Below are positions 50,198-63,976 of a stretch of DNA of 64,000 bases, one piece after another (the first letter of the stretch is position 1; the number at the start of each line of letters is the position of its first letter). The notes under the pieces are model-generated. The model ran no database searches and was not told the DNA's origin. It saw nothing but the letters and a program-made list of their open reading frames with translations. Origin of the DNA: Yuukianura sp. NJ FZ-2021. Taxonomy: Eukaryota. The position numbers and the translations under genes are program-made. The stretch lies in contig CM102288.1 in assembly GCA_046563655.1 (NCBI GenBank), positions 1,984,001 to 2,048,000 on the forward strand. The letters run 5' to 3'.

Positions 50198-53100
50198 TCA
50201 AGTTTTGGCGGTTAGAATTGACACAAATTCGAAGTAATTGACGAGTCCATCTCCATCTCCGTCAGCTTCTCGCAACATTTCATCTGCTTCATCTGGTGAC
50301 AATTTTTCACCAAGTGAAATCATCACATGCCGAAGCTCAGAACTGGAAATCATTCCATCACCGTCCTTGTCAAAAACCCTGTTTGAACACACAAAAAAAA
50401 GTTGCAAAATATATTTTTAAACACATTTTTCACAAAAACTTTGAGAAAAAACGCCAAAAGATTTGAAGTTTCAAGGAAAGTTGAAGAAACAAGGTCATCC
50501 GGATTTGTTTCAAATCTTGGACAAATTTGACAGATTTCGAAACTTTCCATTTTGTAACTTTTGGGAGAAAGGAGCCAAAAAATTTTTAAACTTTTTTTTT
50601 GAAAAAGTTACAAAAAGGAAGGAAACTGTTTCGTAATTTTCCGGGCTTTTAGTTACTTGAAGGCTTCTTTGAGTCCTTCTTCTCCTTCTTCGTCTTTTTG
50701 TCGCTTGCCCATGGCTTGAAGGAAGTCGTTGAACTCAATTCCGCCATTTCCATCTTCGTCCAGTCCTCCCACCATTGATTCAAGCTCAACATCTGTAGGA
50801 TTTCAAAAAAATGAAAAAATTTTGAAAATGTTTTCTGAAAACTTTTTTTTGAAGCATTAGCTTAAACCGTGTTCCTCCAAACTTTTGAAAATTACTATGA
50901 ATTTTAGAAAGCTCAACTCTTTCCTAACAAGGAGAAAGTGGACGGCAGCAGTTTCAAACTCAAAGGAGAAAAGTTTCAATTTATGAAAAGTATAACGGAA
51001 AAAGTTTATGCAAGCAAAAAAGAACTTTTATAAATTTTTATAATGCCTTTTTCCAAAAATTTCTCATTTTTTCCAAAATATTCAAAAGTTTACTCAATTC
51101 TAGTATACTTTCACTAAATTCCAATAAGCAGGAATAATTGAATTCCAAAAGTCCTTTGTAAACAGAAATCGAAATCGTAACAATTTCAAAAATTTAATTT
51201 TCTGATTGAAAATTGGATTTACTCAACAAAATTTTCAATCTACTTTTTCCTTTACTCAAATTTCAATATCTATTCAATTCCAAATGCTACGTGCAAAATA
51301 CCACGTTTTCACAAAAACAAAGACTGAACAAAATCGAATTCAAAAACGCATGTACTCATACTACATTTCAGTTTGAAAAAAAATTGAGTTCGTTTAACAT
51401 CTATGTAACAAAAATATTTATTTTGCAGCATTTTGAAATATAAACGTCAGTTTCTTTTGTGCGCTTCTTTTCAATATAAAGTTTGTGACATTTTTTTTAA
51501 TTTAAGATTTTCTGATTTTGTAAGCCAAAAAAATTCAAAAATTGATTGTAGAAACAAACACGTTAATGAACTAATGAGGTAGTAAATTTTTTCGAAATTA
51601 TGAAACTCAGCAACTTCCAGTTCATTTACGTACGCATTTGTTCTAAACCATACACGAATTTTCACTTCCACTTTCTCCATACAATGAAATCTCAAAAACT
51701 AAATCTTTCTTTTTTGAAAATCTCATGCGCTTTCTCTTCCTTTCAGCTTTCCAGGAAATCCTCACTTTCTACATCTCCCACTCCAGAAAATCGATTCTCC
51801 ACAAGAAGATTAATCGCCAACGACTCCAATTGACATGTGAATCTCCCCTTGACCACTTCTTACTACTTTTTTCCATTCGCTAGAATCTCATTTCATGCTT
51901 CATTTCTTCAACCTTTGTGTCTCCACTGACCTCAACTTGACCTCATTGCTCAATTGCCCACAAACAAATCTCTCTCAGATTCTTAAGTAATTACAAAATT
52001 AGACACTTTTAGACTCTCATTCCACAATCCACAATGGAATGTTATGGAGTATGGAATGGTAGCCAATTCCATTTTATGACTATGTTCTAGCACCTACCCG
52101 TAGGTCTCTGTCCAAGTGCTTTGAGAACAATGGCCAGTTCCTGGAGAGACACGACTCCGTCCTCATCCTTGTCACAGAGCATAAAGGCTTCCTTGAATTC
52201 TAAAATAGGCAAATACTAATATGAGAAAACGAAAATAAATGACTTTTGGATTTCGATTTGTGCCGTGTTTTTCCTCTCCCTCTGCTTCAGTTCCTGTTTT
52301 TCTCAAAGTTTTGAAAAAGGAAGAGAAAGTCACGTCGTCATTGACGCTGGAAGAGAGCTGGAGCTGGAGTCAGAGGCAGAGTCAGGTCCTTGATTAAAGG
52401 ATTTCTGCTTCCCCTCCTCCTGTCCATGTCCAGCCCCGCTTTCTTCCAGTTTCGAACATAAATCAGACAAGGAAGAGAGAAAAAAGCGGGCAAACGGACG
52501 TCATCCACTCACCCGACACTTGATCCTCCGTCAGTCCACATTCTCTCTGCAAAAACAAAAAGAAACACAAAAGTCATCAACATTTATAATTTTTTGATTC
52601 TTGCAGGTCTAAATCCTGAAAATCATTCTAAACTTTCTAGGACATTTTTGTAGGGTACTTTCTAGTTTTGAAAAGTCGCGATAAGGACAAAGATTTGCTG
52701 AAGTGTATTTTCCTCATTTATGGGAAATTTAAAAAATTCCAAAATATTGTTTTTTAAAACACCATCACACCTTCTAACTTTCTACAGAAGGACTTTTGGA
52801 AAAAGTCAGGATTAGGCTAACAAATTCACTACAGTGCATTTTCCTTTTTTATGGAAACTTAAAAAATTCCAAAATATTGTTTTTTTTTAAAACACCATCA
52901 CACCTTCTAACTTTCTACAGAAGGACTTTGGGAAAAAGTCCGGATTAGGCTAACAAATTCACTCAAGTGTATCTTCCTCATTTATGGATTTTTTCCTGAT
53001 TCCTGATACTTCTGAATTCCTAAGTTAGTAAAATTTTGGGAAAAATAAATTCATAAAAAGTTATTTCCAATTCGGTGACTGTAATAAATGATGTCGTCTC

Positions 53101-56100
53101 TCACTGTCCCCCTTCCAGGAAAGTCCAGCAGCCTAAAAAAACTTTGAATGAAACCCACCACTACTTACAACTTTACTACCCGGAAAACGTAAGATACCGT
53201 AAGTGGGCAAAAGTCCAAATTCATTTTTACCGTTGTCACAAGTTAGTCTAAGAACAGGAGTCAAGTCTCACAATAGTCCAAAACTTTGTCCATGAATCAT
53301 ACCGGAAAGACGGGCTTCTGAGAAGAAGAAAGTTTGGTCCGTGGGGCCTTTTAGACAAAAACCAACTTTCTTTTCTTCACTCAAATCACTTTCTTCATCT
53401 TTTAGCCCAATGCCCACTGGGACTGTCTCTCTCTACATGACTTAATGGCCAAGGTGAATAATCTCTCATACATATTTTACTTTTTTTTATGACTTGCTAC
53501 TAGAAGTCAAGGAAAGAGAAAGTTTTTACAACTTCTGAATTGGGCTAGGTGATTATAATCACACCGTGGTACTAAAAGTTATGGCGCTGACTGATTACTA
53601 CCACTACCACTCTGAATCAACTCAAATTACTTTTTCCAAAGAGAAAGTTAAACATAAAGGCCTACGTTGTTAAGTCATTAAATAATTCAAAATTCAAACA
53701 CACACGAAAGGCACGACACACACGAAACAGAGTGCATTTTTAGAAGTGAAAACGGAATTAAATGCGTGTGATCGTGCGTAAAAACGAGAATATGAGTGAC
53801 TGAAACGAGAGTGAAAGTCAAAAACGTCAACACCTCCTCAATACTCCCCGCAAATTTCTAATGGGTCACGTTTTTACAAATTTCGCATGAAATTTTTTTG
53901 GTTTCGCACGTTAGTAAGGAACTTGCGAGGTCAACGATGACAGGTACGAACTTACGAGGTCAATGGTGACTAGAAGGTCATAAGTCTGGTGTCTCTGCCC
54001 TTTCTTGCCTGGTTGTTGCTTCTTTCCGTTTCCATTGTTGCCATTTTTGGATTGCGGGATTTTCTGTTGTTTGACTGCCGGTTTTTGGACAACTGAAGAT
54101 CCTTTGGGTGGTGGCTTTTCGCCTTTCTTGGCTTGATGATTGTTTTTGGGCGTGAGGGTGGGTGTTTTAGGCCCACCGGACCCACTTTTTCCCACCCCAC
54201 CCTCAACTGGCTTCACACGAGCCTAGAAACAACAAAATAAATCAGTAAAACAAAAATCCAGGAAAAGTTAATCTAACTTTTCCAAGTTCCTAAAACAACA
54301 TCCATTAATCTCCAAATTACTCAACTGTGCTAAAGATTTAACGACTAAGGTTCAGTTGTTATGTGATGTGAAGAATTACCGAATTATAGGCAAGGAAATA
54401 CGGTAACAAAAAAAGGCTACAACTAGTAGTGCTTCTCTGACTCTCTTCAGTCTCTCCCACTTTGACCTCCGGTCATTCTCTTCACCGAAAAAAAGTTGAT
54501 GGAGTGAAAGTAAAAGTGAAAGGAGTAAAAGCTGATTCTGGATTTTGTGGAACTAACGTCGGCCGGACATCAAAACTCGGTCCATATTGGTGTTTGTGAT
54601 TGTCTTCCTTATAGTACTTTATAGTACTTTTAGTACAATGACGGAAGTACTAGTTGGTGGTGATGGTGCTATTCTGACTCTGCCAGGAAATGAGATTAAC
54701 TTTGATAGCCTTTCGAATTTCCTTTGTCTTTTTTTCTGCTTTTGATCTTTGAGGGATTCGATTGTTTAGACTTTCTCTCATTTTTTCCATTCTTTGTTTT
54801 TTTCCGAAACCGAAAAGATTCCACTTTCTCAAATGAATTTTCTTTTCAAATTTTTCTTCTTCTTTTGAAATCCACGCGCCACAGAAGACTCCATTGACCT
54901 CAATTAACCCTCTCTTCTGTCGTGTCGATTTGAGGTTTGGAGAGAAACCTCATAAGTCATAAGATCTGACTTGACATCGATCAAATTTCGACTGAGATCA
55001 CTCTGGTGTGCGATAAGATATGATCAAAATTCAGTCCGCCTACTTCATTCTCCATAGTATTAGGTTGAGTAGTTCCTGGTTTGTTCAACCTTAGGTTTGA
55101 ACATGAGCCAAAACGCCTTGGAAGTGACTTTTATTGGTTTTTGGTCAGAGAAAGTGAAAGTTGATGGTTCTGTTCTGGCTTAAGCTCCGCCCCTTCGCAC
55201 TTTCGTGTGTACATGAGTTGATTTAGTATCCAGCATCGTGAGTTTGTACTTTGTTACTTATTGATGAGGACGGCGGTTTGTTTGTGGTTAGGTTAATTGG
55301 GAATTGATCCATACAGGCAACTGGTAGTTTTTCTCTTAATAAGGCCGAAACGGAGTAACTTCAGAGTGAAAGTGAATGTCCATCGTCCATTTCATTTGTG
55401 AGACTGATTTGTTGAAGTTTGAAGTTATTTTTTTCCTTCGTGAGTTCTTGTTCTGGAAGAAGTAATTGGGCAAAGTGGTTTTGTGTGACTGAGTCAGAGA
55501 GAAAGTGGAGAAGAGAGATCGATTCAGCCTTCCCTTTCACTTTTTTTTTGAAGGAGGGCGATTGGTTCATGGTGAATAATGGATTTGAACCTACCAAATT
55601 CCTGGATATGACTCCTGCATGCATGATGATGACGACTGGAATGGATAATCCTCCGGAAGGGGGGCCTTCAAGGGCTCTCTCTCGTTGAAGGGCCCTCTCT
55701 CGTCAAGTGTGGTTGGGTTTTAGGCCTTTTTGGTTTAGGTGTGGAACTGGTTCTGGTCCTCCTTCGTCTGTCAAAGGTCATGCAACACTCTCGGGCACTA
55801 CTCGCACTACCCTCGACTCTACGCATTCAAATCTAAGAAAGCAAAGAGAAAAAGTTATAATTCATGCAACTAATTTGGTCCGTTTTTAGAAAAAAGTGAG
55901 CTAAAAGCTATGTTTTCAAAAGAAAAGCTCTAGTTATAATTAAAACTGTGAGGAGAAAATTATGTTAAAAGTGCTTGGAGCAATATGTGTTGGTCTTACC
56001 GGTAGGGATTAATCGAACCGTAAAACCGTAATTAATCAAATTACTATGAATTAAGCTATTAATTATACTGAAATACTATGAATCTAGTAATTACTAACCT

Positions 56101-56258
56101 GAATTACTTTGAATTACTGAGCAATTAACTTTTAAAAACAAGAAACTTTAGAGTACCTTGCTACGTGACCTTGAGCGTTCCTCTTTCGATGATCGCTTGG
56201 GGTGGACCAGGGCCGGTCGCTTGTCTTTCATAATCATACGAGCAGCGGCAAAGGCCAT
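50198..56258 (-). CDS. Calmodulin-like 4 EF-hand protein with basic N-terminal extension, 6 exons, ~273 aa
   Basis: Exons 56258-56157, 54222-53956, 52546-52513, 52199-52098, 50792-50657 and 50378-50198 (822 nt). [16 protein letters not shown]; loops [36 protein letters not shown] and [12 protein letters not shown]. The core is secure; the first exon is less certain. Confidence 0.85.
52702..52988. repeat. ~132-bp tandem duplication (about 2.2 copies) in a calmodulin-like gene intron
   Basis: Units start at 52702, 52833 and 52966 and share aaaaaattccaaaatattg...aacaccatcacaccttctaactttctacagaaggacttt...ggattaggctaacaaattcact. Confidence 0.9.
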
Positions 56259-57988
56259 GATGAGTCAGTTCCTGTTGCTGCAAGATCGATGTCAGGTCAA
56301 GGGTCACCAGGAGACCCTTAAGGGTACAGCAGCAGTCGACAGGCCAATTTTTTGAAAAAGTGGAACTGTTTCTAGAATTCAGATTGGCATTCTCTACTGT
56401 GGATGAGCTCTTGACAAAAGTGGTTGTCCTGGTATAACTTTTTCCGTCTTCCTCGGGAAGACTCCAAAGGAGACTGTCCGTACTTTCGTGCTTCTCCCGG
56501 GTTCTTCTGGGCTTGGAGTTGATCTCCTTCCGATGGGGAACGACCCACTTTCACCATCTACCTGAACGCCACCACAAGGTCACAACTTCCACCCAACTTC
56601 CAGCTCATAGCAGACAGGACACAAGGTTCCTTCACAACGAAAAGTTAATTTTCTTTAACAGGTTGGATACTCCCTCGCTTCTTGACAGAAAAACCGAAAA
56701 AATATATACCAATTTTAGTACCAATCCAAAAAATTCAACCAATTCGTATGCAAAATTTAGAAAATTCGGATGTATTACGATGCCCTGAAATGAAAAGACA
56801 CTTTTTTTTTGTAAAATCAAAAAAATATGAGATATTACCCAGCCTGTTAAGGAAAATGAAAGTCAATAAACCTTGGACAGGACCAATATTCCTACATAAC
56901 AAAACGAAGCACAACCAGTTCCACCTACCAACTTAAGCTTAGCTTTCTCCAGCAAAGTTACAAGTTTTAAAGCCCACAGTACACCAAAAGTGAGGTAAAG
57001 GAAAAGCAAAAGTCCGTAAAAGAGAAAAGTCGGCTTGTCCAAAAACGAACTCAACCAAAACCTAAATGTCCTCCTTCAGACTCGGAAGGAAGGAAGAACT
57101 AAAGAAAGTGAAAGTAAAAAAGGGAAAGTTGAAGAGAATGAGATGAAATGAGCTCAAATTGGCTTCAAGCAAAGTACGGGCGGAGACTACACAGTAAAAT
57201 AGAACTTTTACTGTGTAGTCTCCGCGTACTTCACTGTACAAAGAAGAAAACGACGGAAGGAAGAAAATGGGAAGAATAGGGTCCATGTCTCCCTTTCACT
57301 TCCAGTCTCATCTTCGTCTTCTTTTTTTCCGTTTTTCTTCGTCTACAACTCAAATGATCCTCTTCCTTCCTAATTGAGTTTCCTTGTCTTCTCTCCTGCA
57401 AAGATGTACGATGTGAGTAATACATAACATTCGAAATATGCCAAAACATTATAAAAACTAAAATGCTGCCAAGATTTTACCATTTTGTGTAGCTCCTGGT
57501 GAAAAAGTTCACACGGAAGCCGTACTTTCTCTTCCTAACTTTTGACAGTTATAATCTCTGCTCGACGGACCAGAAGCACAAAATGCCAATATTAGCCAAA
57601 AAGCCTACAAAGAAATTGAAAAAGCCTTGCTCGATAAAAAAAAAGCTTCTTCATTTTCACATCTTTTTTAATTGCATCACTCGAAAGTTATTAACTTAAG
57701 CTCTGCTTAATACCTCCAGTGCTATGCCTGATTATTTCAGGTTTCTTACGTTAAAATTTTGACGCAAGAAACCCAACTTTTCCTTCGTTGTGCTTAAAAA
57801 GTTAAGGGAACCACTGAGATAAAAATGTGCCGAAAAAGGAAATACTTCTTGCGCTTCTTCTGCATTTGAACACAAAAAATCTTTTTGAGCGACTAGTTTT
57901 TACGTAAAGCTTCAAAGTTTCTGGAATTCCCGGACTTTGATGTGTAGTAATTGTGCTAAAAGCTGGTTTTTGACACCACCGAGCTGGT

Positions 57989-60900
57989 TCAAGGTCTAGA
58001 CAAAAAGGCAAGGCTCATTTGGACGACTTTGTCTGCAAAAGCATTTGCGAGGTCAACTCGTTTCGAAGCATCCAGAAAATGGTCTTTTTCTTCCTCTTTT
58101 TCCAGAACTTCTTCAAGAGCTGATGGGCTCAAACTGTTGGCCAAATGGAGATAGACACCTTGACAAGACAAGACAAGACAGATATTAATTTTTCATAAGA
58201 GCCTCTTTTCTTTCCACAAAACAAACAGATTGGAAGTGAAGGAAATTTGAGGAGACGGGCAGAAGAGAACCGCAACAACGGCTGTTACTCTTCAGGGGGT
58301 CTTCTTAATAATGCTTCTCCATATCTCCAGTGTCGGTAAGATGCTGGCAGCATCATCACACGAACAAAAGAGAAAGAAAGGAGACAAAAGGAGAGAAAGT
58401 TGAATCTTTACTCAAGATTGGCTTACTTTCAGTAACTGTTGTGATGAGATCTTGATTGGTTGGATGAGTTCCAATTTTCTCCTTTAGTTTCATTACAACC
58501 AACTTCCACCCGTCGACAGAAGATCCAAAGGTTTCCTATATGAACCAAACAAGAAAAAAGTAATCACGGGAATTGACAAACAAAAAACTTTGGCTAAAAA
58601 AGGAATCCTATTTTTAACTTTTTGAACATAACTCTTCCAGAAATTTTCTTTTGTCCGTGTTTCTTATATACCTTGGCATAAAGAAGAAGGAGTTCAGGAC
58701 GTCTTGAAAGAAGTAAATCTAGCACTCGATCTCGAGATTCTGTTAAAAGAGCCAACGGAAACCCAAATACGGTTTCCGTTTGATTTGCTATGGCTCGAAG
58801 CACAAGATCCTTGGCCCCCTTTGTATTTCCAAGACTACTCAAAAGCAAGCTCTGCAAAGTCCAAAAAATCACGTTTTTCCATTTTTTGAAAATCCTAATT
58901 CCAATGTTTTCAAAATTCGAAACTTACAGCGAGTGCATAAAAGTGTTCCTTAGCAATGGCACTGACAGAAGGCTCGTCGTCAACTAGTGCATGCACGAAT
59001 GACGGTACGATTCCAAATGGCTCCTGCGCCGGCGCATTCGAGGCTGGCAAAGGCGATAACGTTGGTCTCTTGGACGTTTGCTGCAGAATGTTTGGGAGAT
59101 ATGAAGAAATGAGAAGATGAAGTGCTCTGACTTCATCTTCCTTTTCAATTCCAATCTGTGCTCTTTTGATAAAGAATCCTTCGAGAATACTTCGAAGGTC
59201 TTTGGTCAGAGCTTCTTTGACGCTTAAGTCCGCATTGAGGTTAACACCTTGATGAAAAGCCACAATCATATCATCAAAACACACGCCACCACTTCCCGCC
59301 TCCAAACTGTGAACCACCACCTACAGAGAATCAATTCTTTCCTGCGTGTTTGTTTTGGTTAATAATTATTAATGAATTGCCTTGTGTAGTTACGTTGTTC
59401 TTACATTGGTATGAATGGATGTGCGTGTCATGGCAAGCGAAATGGCCAAATCCGAAAGGCGGACTTTGTTCTTCCTCGTCTCTAAAATCCAGGACACTTT
59501 AATATTCTTCTCGAGACTGAGCGTGTCTGCGTGCTTGAGAAGCTTCATAATTTCGTCGATCCCCTCCGTGTCTCTTCCATGAACAGAAACAATTACGAGG
59601 ATGAGGGCGAGGTCCTTTCTCCATCCACTTTCTGGAGAGCTGTCCGTTCTCAAGGCCTGTCAAGTCCCATTCAAACAGTTCCAAAATCAATACCATCAAT
59701 TAATTATGGACCTGCCAAGAGACAAAGTGGAAAGCAAGGAGGACTTCCCAGACTCATCAAATCAAATTAAGGAACGAAAATTAAGTGGAGACTGGAGAGA
59801 GCTCTTCTAAAAGTGTTATCGTACCGAAAGAATCCGTTGACCCTGAGCCTCTCGAAGCCACGGCGTTTCGATTGTCACTCGAGCGAGATCACTTAAGGAA
59901 TTTGTTCCTAGGAAGTCCACAATGGCTTTAGACAAGGACGGTGGAAATTCTTCTCCGCCACTCAACGGCAAGGTCAAACGAAGGAACTTTGCAATCCCTG
60001 AAAAACATACAACAAAATAACTTAAACATCGTCATTTTAGTTTCAATTTTTCATAAAATTGAAATCGTAATGAAAAACATGACTGACCAGTGACAAGTTG
60101 AGGATCCTTAGGAATGTCATGGTTTTCATGACGGAAAAAGAATTTTGCATCGGTGTAAGCCATTTGAAGGAAAGCAATTCCGCGATTAAGCAGCTCTTCT
60201 TGATGGATTTCAGGTTCAGAGTTGGCATTCCGAAAGAACTGGAGACCCAGAAGACGTGTAGTATGTCGATACTTTTCCCTGAGGATTGGTTCTTCGTGAG
60301 GTTTTTGATTGATTCGATCACGTAGGAAAAGGTGAATTTCACTCAGGAGAGTCAAGTAGACCTCTGGGCTGGACTCTCTGTGTGCATCAGCTCCTCTCAT
60401 GGCATCTTCGTAAAATTGATCTGCTGGAGGAGATTCCAGTAAGTAAATGGTCCAAAGTCTATAAAAAAACGAGAATAGGCAATCAGAAGTTTCATGACAG
60501 AGGTACTAGTATCAAAGACAGATCTTTGTTAATAAACTTTGTCTGTGTGCGCAGATCTTGAAATCTTTTAGATTAACTGGCGTATAAGTTTGTTTTTCTT
60601 ACTCATTGTTTGTCGACTGTTGGTTATTAGAAGGCGCTGAAAGAAGGCAGATACTGTGCTCATTAGCTTCAACAAATCGAACTCCTGGAAATGGACGAAT
60701 TCCTAGGAGACACGGACTTTCTTCCTGAAGCGGACAATCCTGTAATGAAAAATTCAAAGATTCATCTTGATTCTTGTTTAATGGAACTTAATCCTGCTTT
60801 TACTTGACACTAAGAGCTTTGGCATAAAAAGTTTAATCTTTCCCTTACATTGTTAAGTGCAGAAAATCCTTCAATGTCTCTAAGGGCTTCGGAAAGGCCT

Positions 60901-62589
60901 CTCTTACTGTACGTTTCGATCCCAGACTCCGTTAAGGCATGGATAAATGCTAAGTCGAACCGAAGTTGCTGAAGAGGGCCAGTAAAAGGGCATTTGGCTA
61001 CACGTTTCAACGAACCACCGTCAACTTCAGGCAAATGATAAATCAACATATCATTTTCTGTAGCCAGAAGGCAAAGAGTTCCGCCAATTGTATCTAGAAT
61101 TCAGAAAGTGTGAACAAATTTAGAGAAAAGTTAATCATGATCTACTTAAAATCGCAACTTTTTAGCAACTTGAAAATACTGATAGACTTACTTCCAATAC
61201 GCTGCGGATGGAGAGACAGATGGACCAACGGGGATGACGATTGTTTTGTATCACGTTTCACTCTCAAAATGTCGTCGACTGCCAAAAGATTCCCGCGATT
61301 GTGTTTCATTTGCTGTGACAATGGAATTGTCAGAGATGCTTTGCCAGTACGAATTTCTTTCCCAAATTCTTCAATATATCCAGGCGGTTGTCTCTGTTTT
61401 CGGTTTTCTTTCTGGATTGTTGGCAGCAAAACCTGCTGTGATGGATCCAGTTTCTTCGGATTATAGAAAACCGTTTCAGTGTTTACTTCTGTTGCTTTTT
61501 GAGTATTTTTTGCACTTTGAGGCGGTTTATCCTTCTTCCGATCTGATGAACTCAAGGGAGCATCCAGATACTTGAGTTTTAAAATCAGAGCTTCATCTCC
61601 TCCGATAGTCCCGATATGATTTAGAGCAAATGCAATGCGAGTAGCGACTGTCTCCAATTGCAAAGTCACCGTGAGATCGAAATCAGCATATTGCAATCTG
61701 CCCCGACCTGACCCTTCCTTCAGACGAAAGCAGTAGATGTTGACCTGTAACAAAAGAATAATTAGCAAAATCCTGGATTACTTGAAAATTTGGTGGATCT
61801 TACACGACTATCAGCTGAAAGTGTTACGATGTTAGCTGAATGTTGACACGATGCAGTTGCAATGGTTGCGAACAAAGGCTCTGGTGCTATTTCTACCATG
61901 ATCAGAGATTCACTATCGACGTCACCACCAGTTGGAGACACCAGACCTAACAAAACAAGGAATGGAAATTACATTAGTGTGCTCCCAAGATTAAAATTAA
62001 ATTACTGTTTTTAGTTTTCAGAGTTCTCATACCAGCAATTCTAGCCTTCATCGGTCGTCCCTTCAAAGGCCGATCCCAGTGGAAGTATACCCGAACACGC
62101 ACTGAGTCTCCAGACGACTCACGACGTTCTTGACACAAGAGGTAATGTCCTGCAAGAGGTCACACGTCAAAAACGAACTTACTGAAAAATTCAAAACTGA
62201 GTTTGATGAACTATGAAATTACCTCTCTGATTGTAAGCAATTGACTCAATAAGATCGACAGGCGGAAACGTATGGGAAAGGACCAAGCTCTCCTGCGTGA
62301 CATCCTTCTTCCGTGTAGGATTCGGCGAATGCTCTTTGGCTGGACTAGATGCAGCAGGAAGAGTGTCAAAATGATATTGACCTCCAATGGAACCCTTAGC
62401 GAAAGAATCTGCAGCTCTTCTCTTGGCAAACCATGCAGGAATATTGGCAATATGATCCGAGCAGTATACGCTGATCAGATGCTCCAAAGCAACAATGACA
62501 ATTTGATCCGCCAAGGCCACTCCGATTCCACCATCACACCGGCCAATCTTCTGCGATTTGAAGTGATGACACGATAGTACTCTTACCAT
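57989..62589 (-). CDS. HPS3: BLOC-2 complex subunit HPS3-like, multi-exon
   Basis: N-terminus MVRVLSCHHFKSQ and FPPVDLIESIAYNQRGNF; LATENDMLIYHL, LIHALTESGIETYS and PCPLQEESPCLLGIRPFPGVRFV in internal exons; gene size is compatible. The assignment rests on recalled similarity to invertebrate HPS3. Confidence 0.75.
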
Positions 62590-63165
62590 GGTGCTGGATG
62601 CTGCTCAAGTCACTGGAGTAATTGACTCATTGACTCCCGTTATCCCGTTAGCCTGTCCAACTCCAGTTATCAATTGGTGTGGTTCCCATGTTCAGTTGAA
62701 AGTGTCAATTGTCAAAAATCGGAATTTTTGATTCACACTGACCGATGACCGGGCGGACCGAGGAGATTTCGGGACAGGAAAGATTTCTAGAGAAAACAAA
62801 AACAAATAGAGAAAATTTTAATTTCGCGGGTGAAAGTTTCCTACTTTTTCGATAAGACTACACAGTAGAGTGTCTTTTGTATCACTACTTAAGTTAATTT
62901 ATCACGTCTTAATTAGTAACTTTTTAATTACTTTCTTGAAAATACATAGTTTTCTTTTATAAAGTTATGTAACCATAGGTATTATCTTTTCTGTTAAGTT
63001 GTTTTTTTTTAAAACAAACACTATTTCAAATACAAACAAACAATAAGGACAAACATGTTTGAAAAACGTTATTTCCCGATTTCCCACCATTTTTTTTAAA
63101 ATTGAGAGCGAGATTTTAAATTTTGTAGTAGCGAGTGGGTGGGCCTTTTTTTGTTGGGGGGAAAA

Positions 63166-63760
63166 ATGGAACTTTTTGAAGGGAAATTTGAATTTGTTGA
63201 CAGTTATGGCGTTGACGACTACTTGTCTGCTCTTGGTACATAAAAAATTACTGTCAACTCAATTTTTGAATGCTAGTTTGTTCTGAAAACCATAATTTTG
63301 AACCCGTTTTGGGAAATTTGTAGGTGTTGGACACGTTCTCCGAAAAGTACTTCGGGCAGCCAAGCCCTTTATGGAAATCACCCGGATTCATGAGCCGGGT
63401 ACTTGGAATATCAAGCTCAGCTCAATCATGTTTGTCCATGAAGTGGAGTACAGACCGGATGAGGGAGTCCAGGACGAAACGCTGGACGGTCGTCCATGTC
63501 ACGTAACTGAAACAAAATTTCAAAAAATCGACAAGTTTAAATTTGAATCCCGACGTCTGCCATTTCAGACAACCTTGACAGTACAGAAGCACGGAGTCGT
63601 TTTGCATCAGATCCCAGAGGAGGGGCCACATGTCAAGGTCATCTTGACAAAACATGCTGGAGACTCCCAGTTCATCACTGTTTCTCACAATGCTGAAGGA
63701 AAACACATTTGTTCCTTTGAATTCAAACGAGTCCCAACCCAAAATCACTTGTCAATCTAA
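63166..63760 (+). CDS. Intracellular lipid-binding protein (FABP/iLBP fold), 3 exons, ~146 aa
   Basis: Exons 63166-63235, 63324-63502 and 63569-63760 give MELFEGKFEFVDSYGVDDYLSALG|VGHVLRKV...AKPFMEI...DETLDGRPCH|TTLT. Motifs and the first two intron positions match the iLBP family. Confidence 0.85.
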
Positions 63761-63879
63761 TAGTCCCTCAAGCTTCTCCAAAATTGAACACTTTCGAAAT
63801 TTCCAGTTTGCAAAATTCGTATCTTTTTAATAAATGTGAGATCAATAAATTCGTTTGATTAACGTTTTTTGGTAAATCT

Positions 63880-63976
63880 TCAGCGGTCCATGACACGTTT
63901 TGACTCAAGTGAAAGTTCGTAGAAGAGCAAGTACGGTTGAGCCAGTGCGACATCCGTATGTTTGCAGGCAGTGACT
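63880..63976 (-). CDS. Last exon of a ubiquitin-specific protease (USP); rest lies beyond the window
   Basis: After an acceptor (cattttag), the frame reads VTACKHTDVALAQPYLLFYELSLESKRVMDR*, resembling the terminal USP motif V-x-x-x-[A/P]YLLFY. Confidence 0.65.

Noticed and set aside
52035..52056. tggaatgttatggagtatggaa resembles mature miR-1
   Set aside because: About four mismatches to a normally invariant miRNA and no convincing complementary 5' arm.
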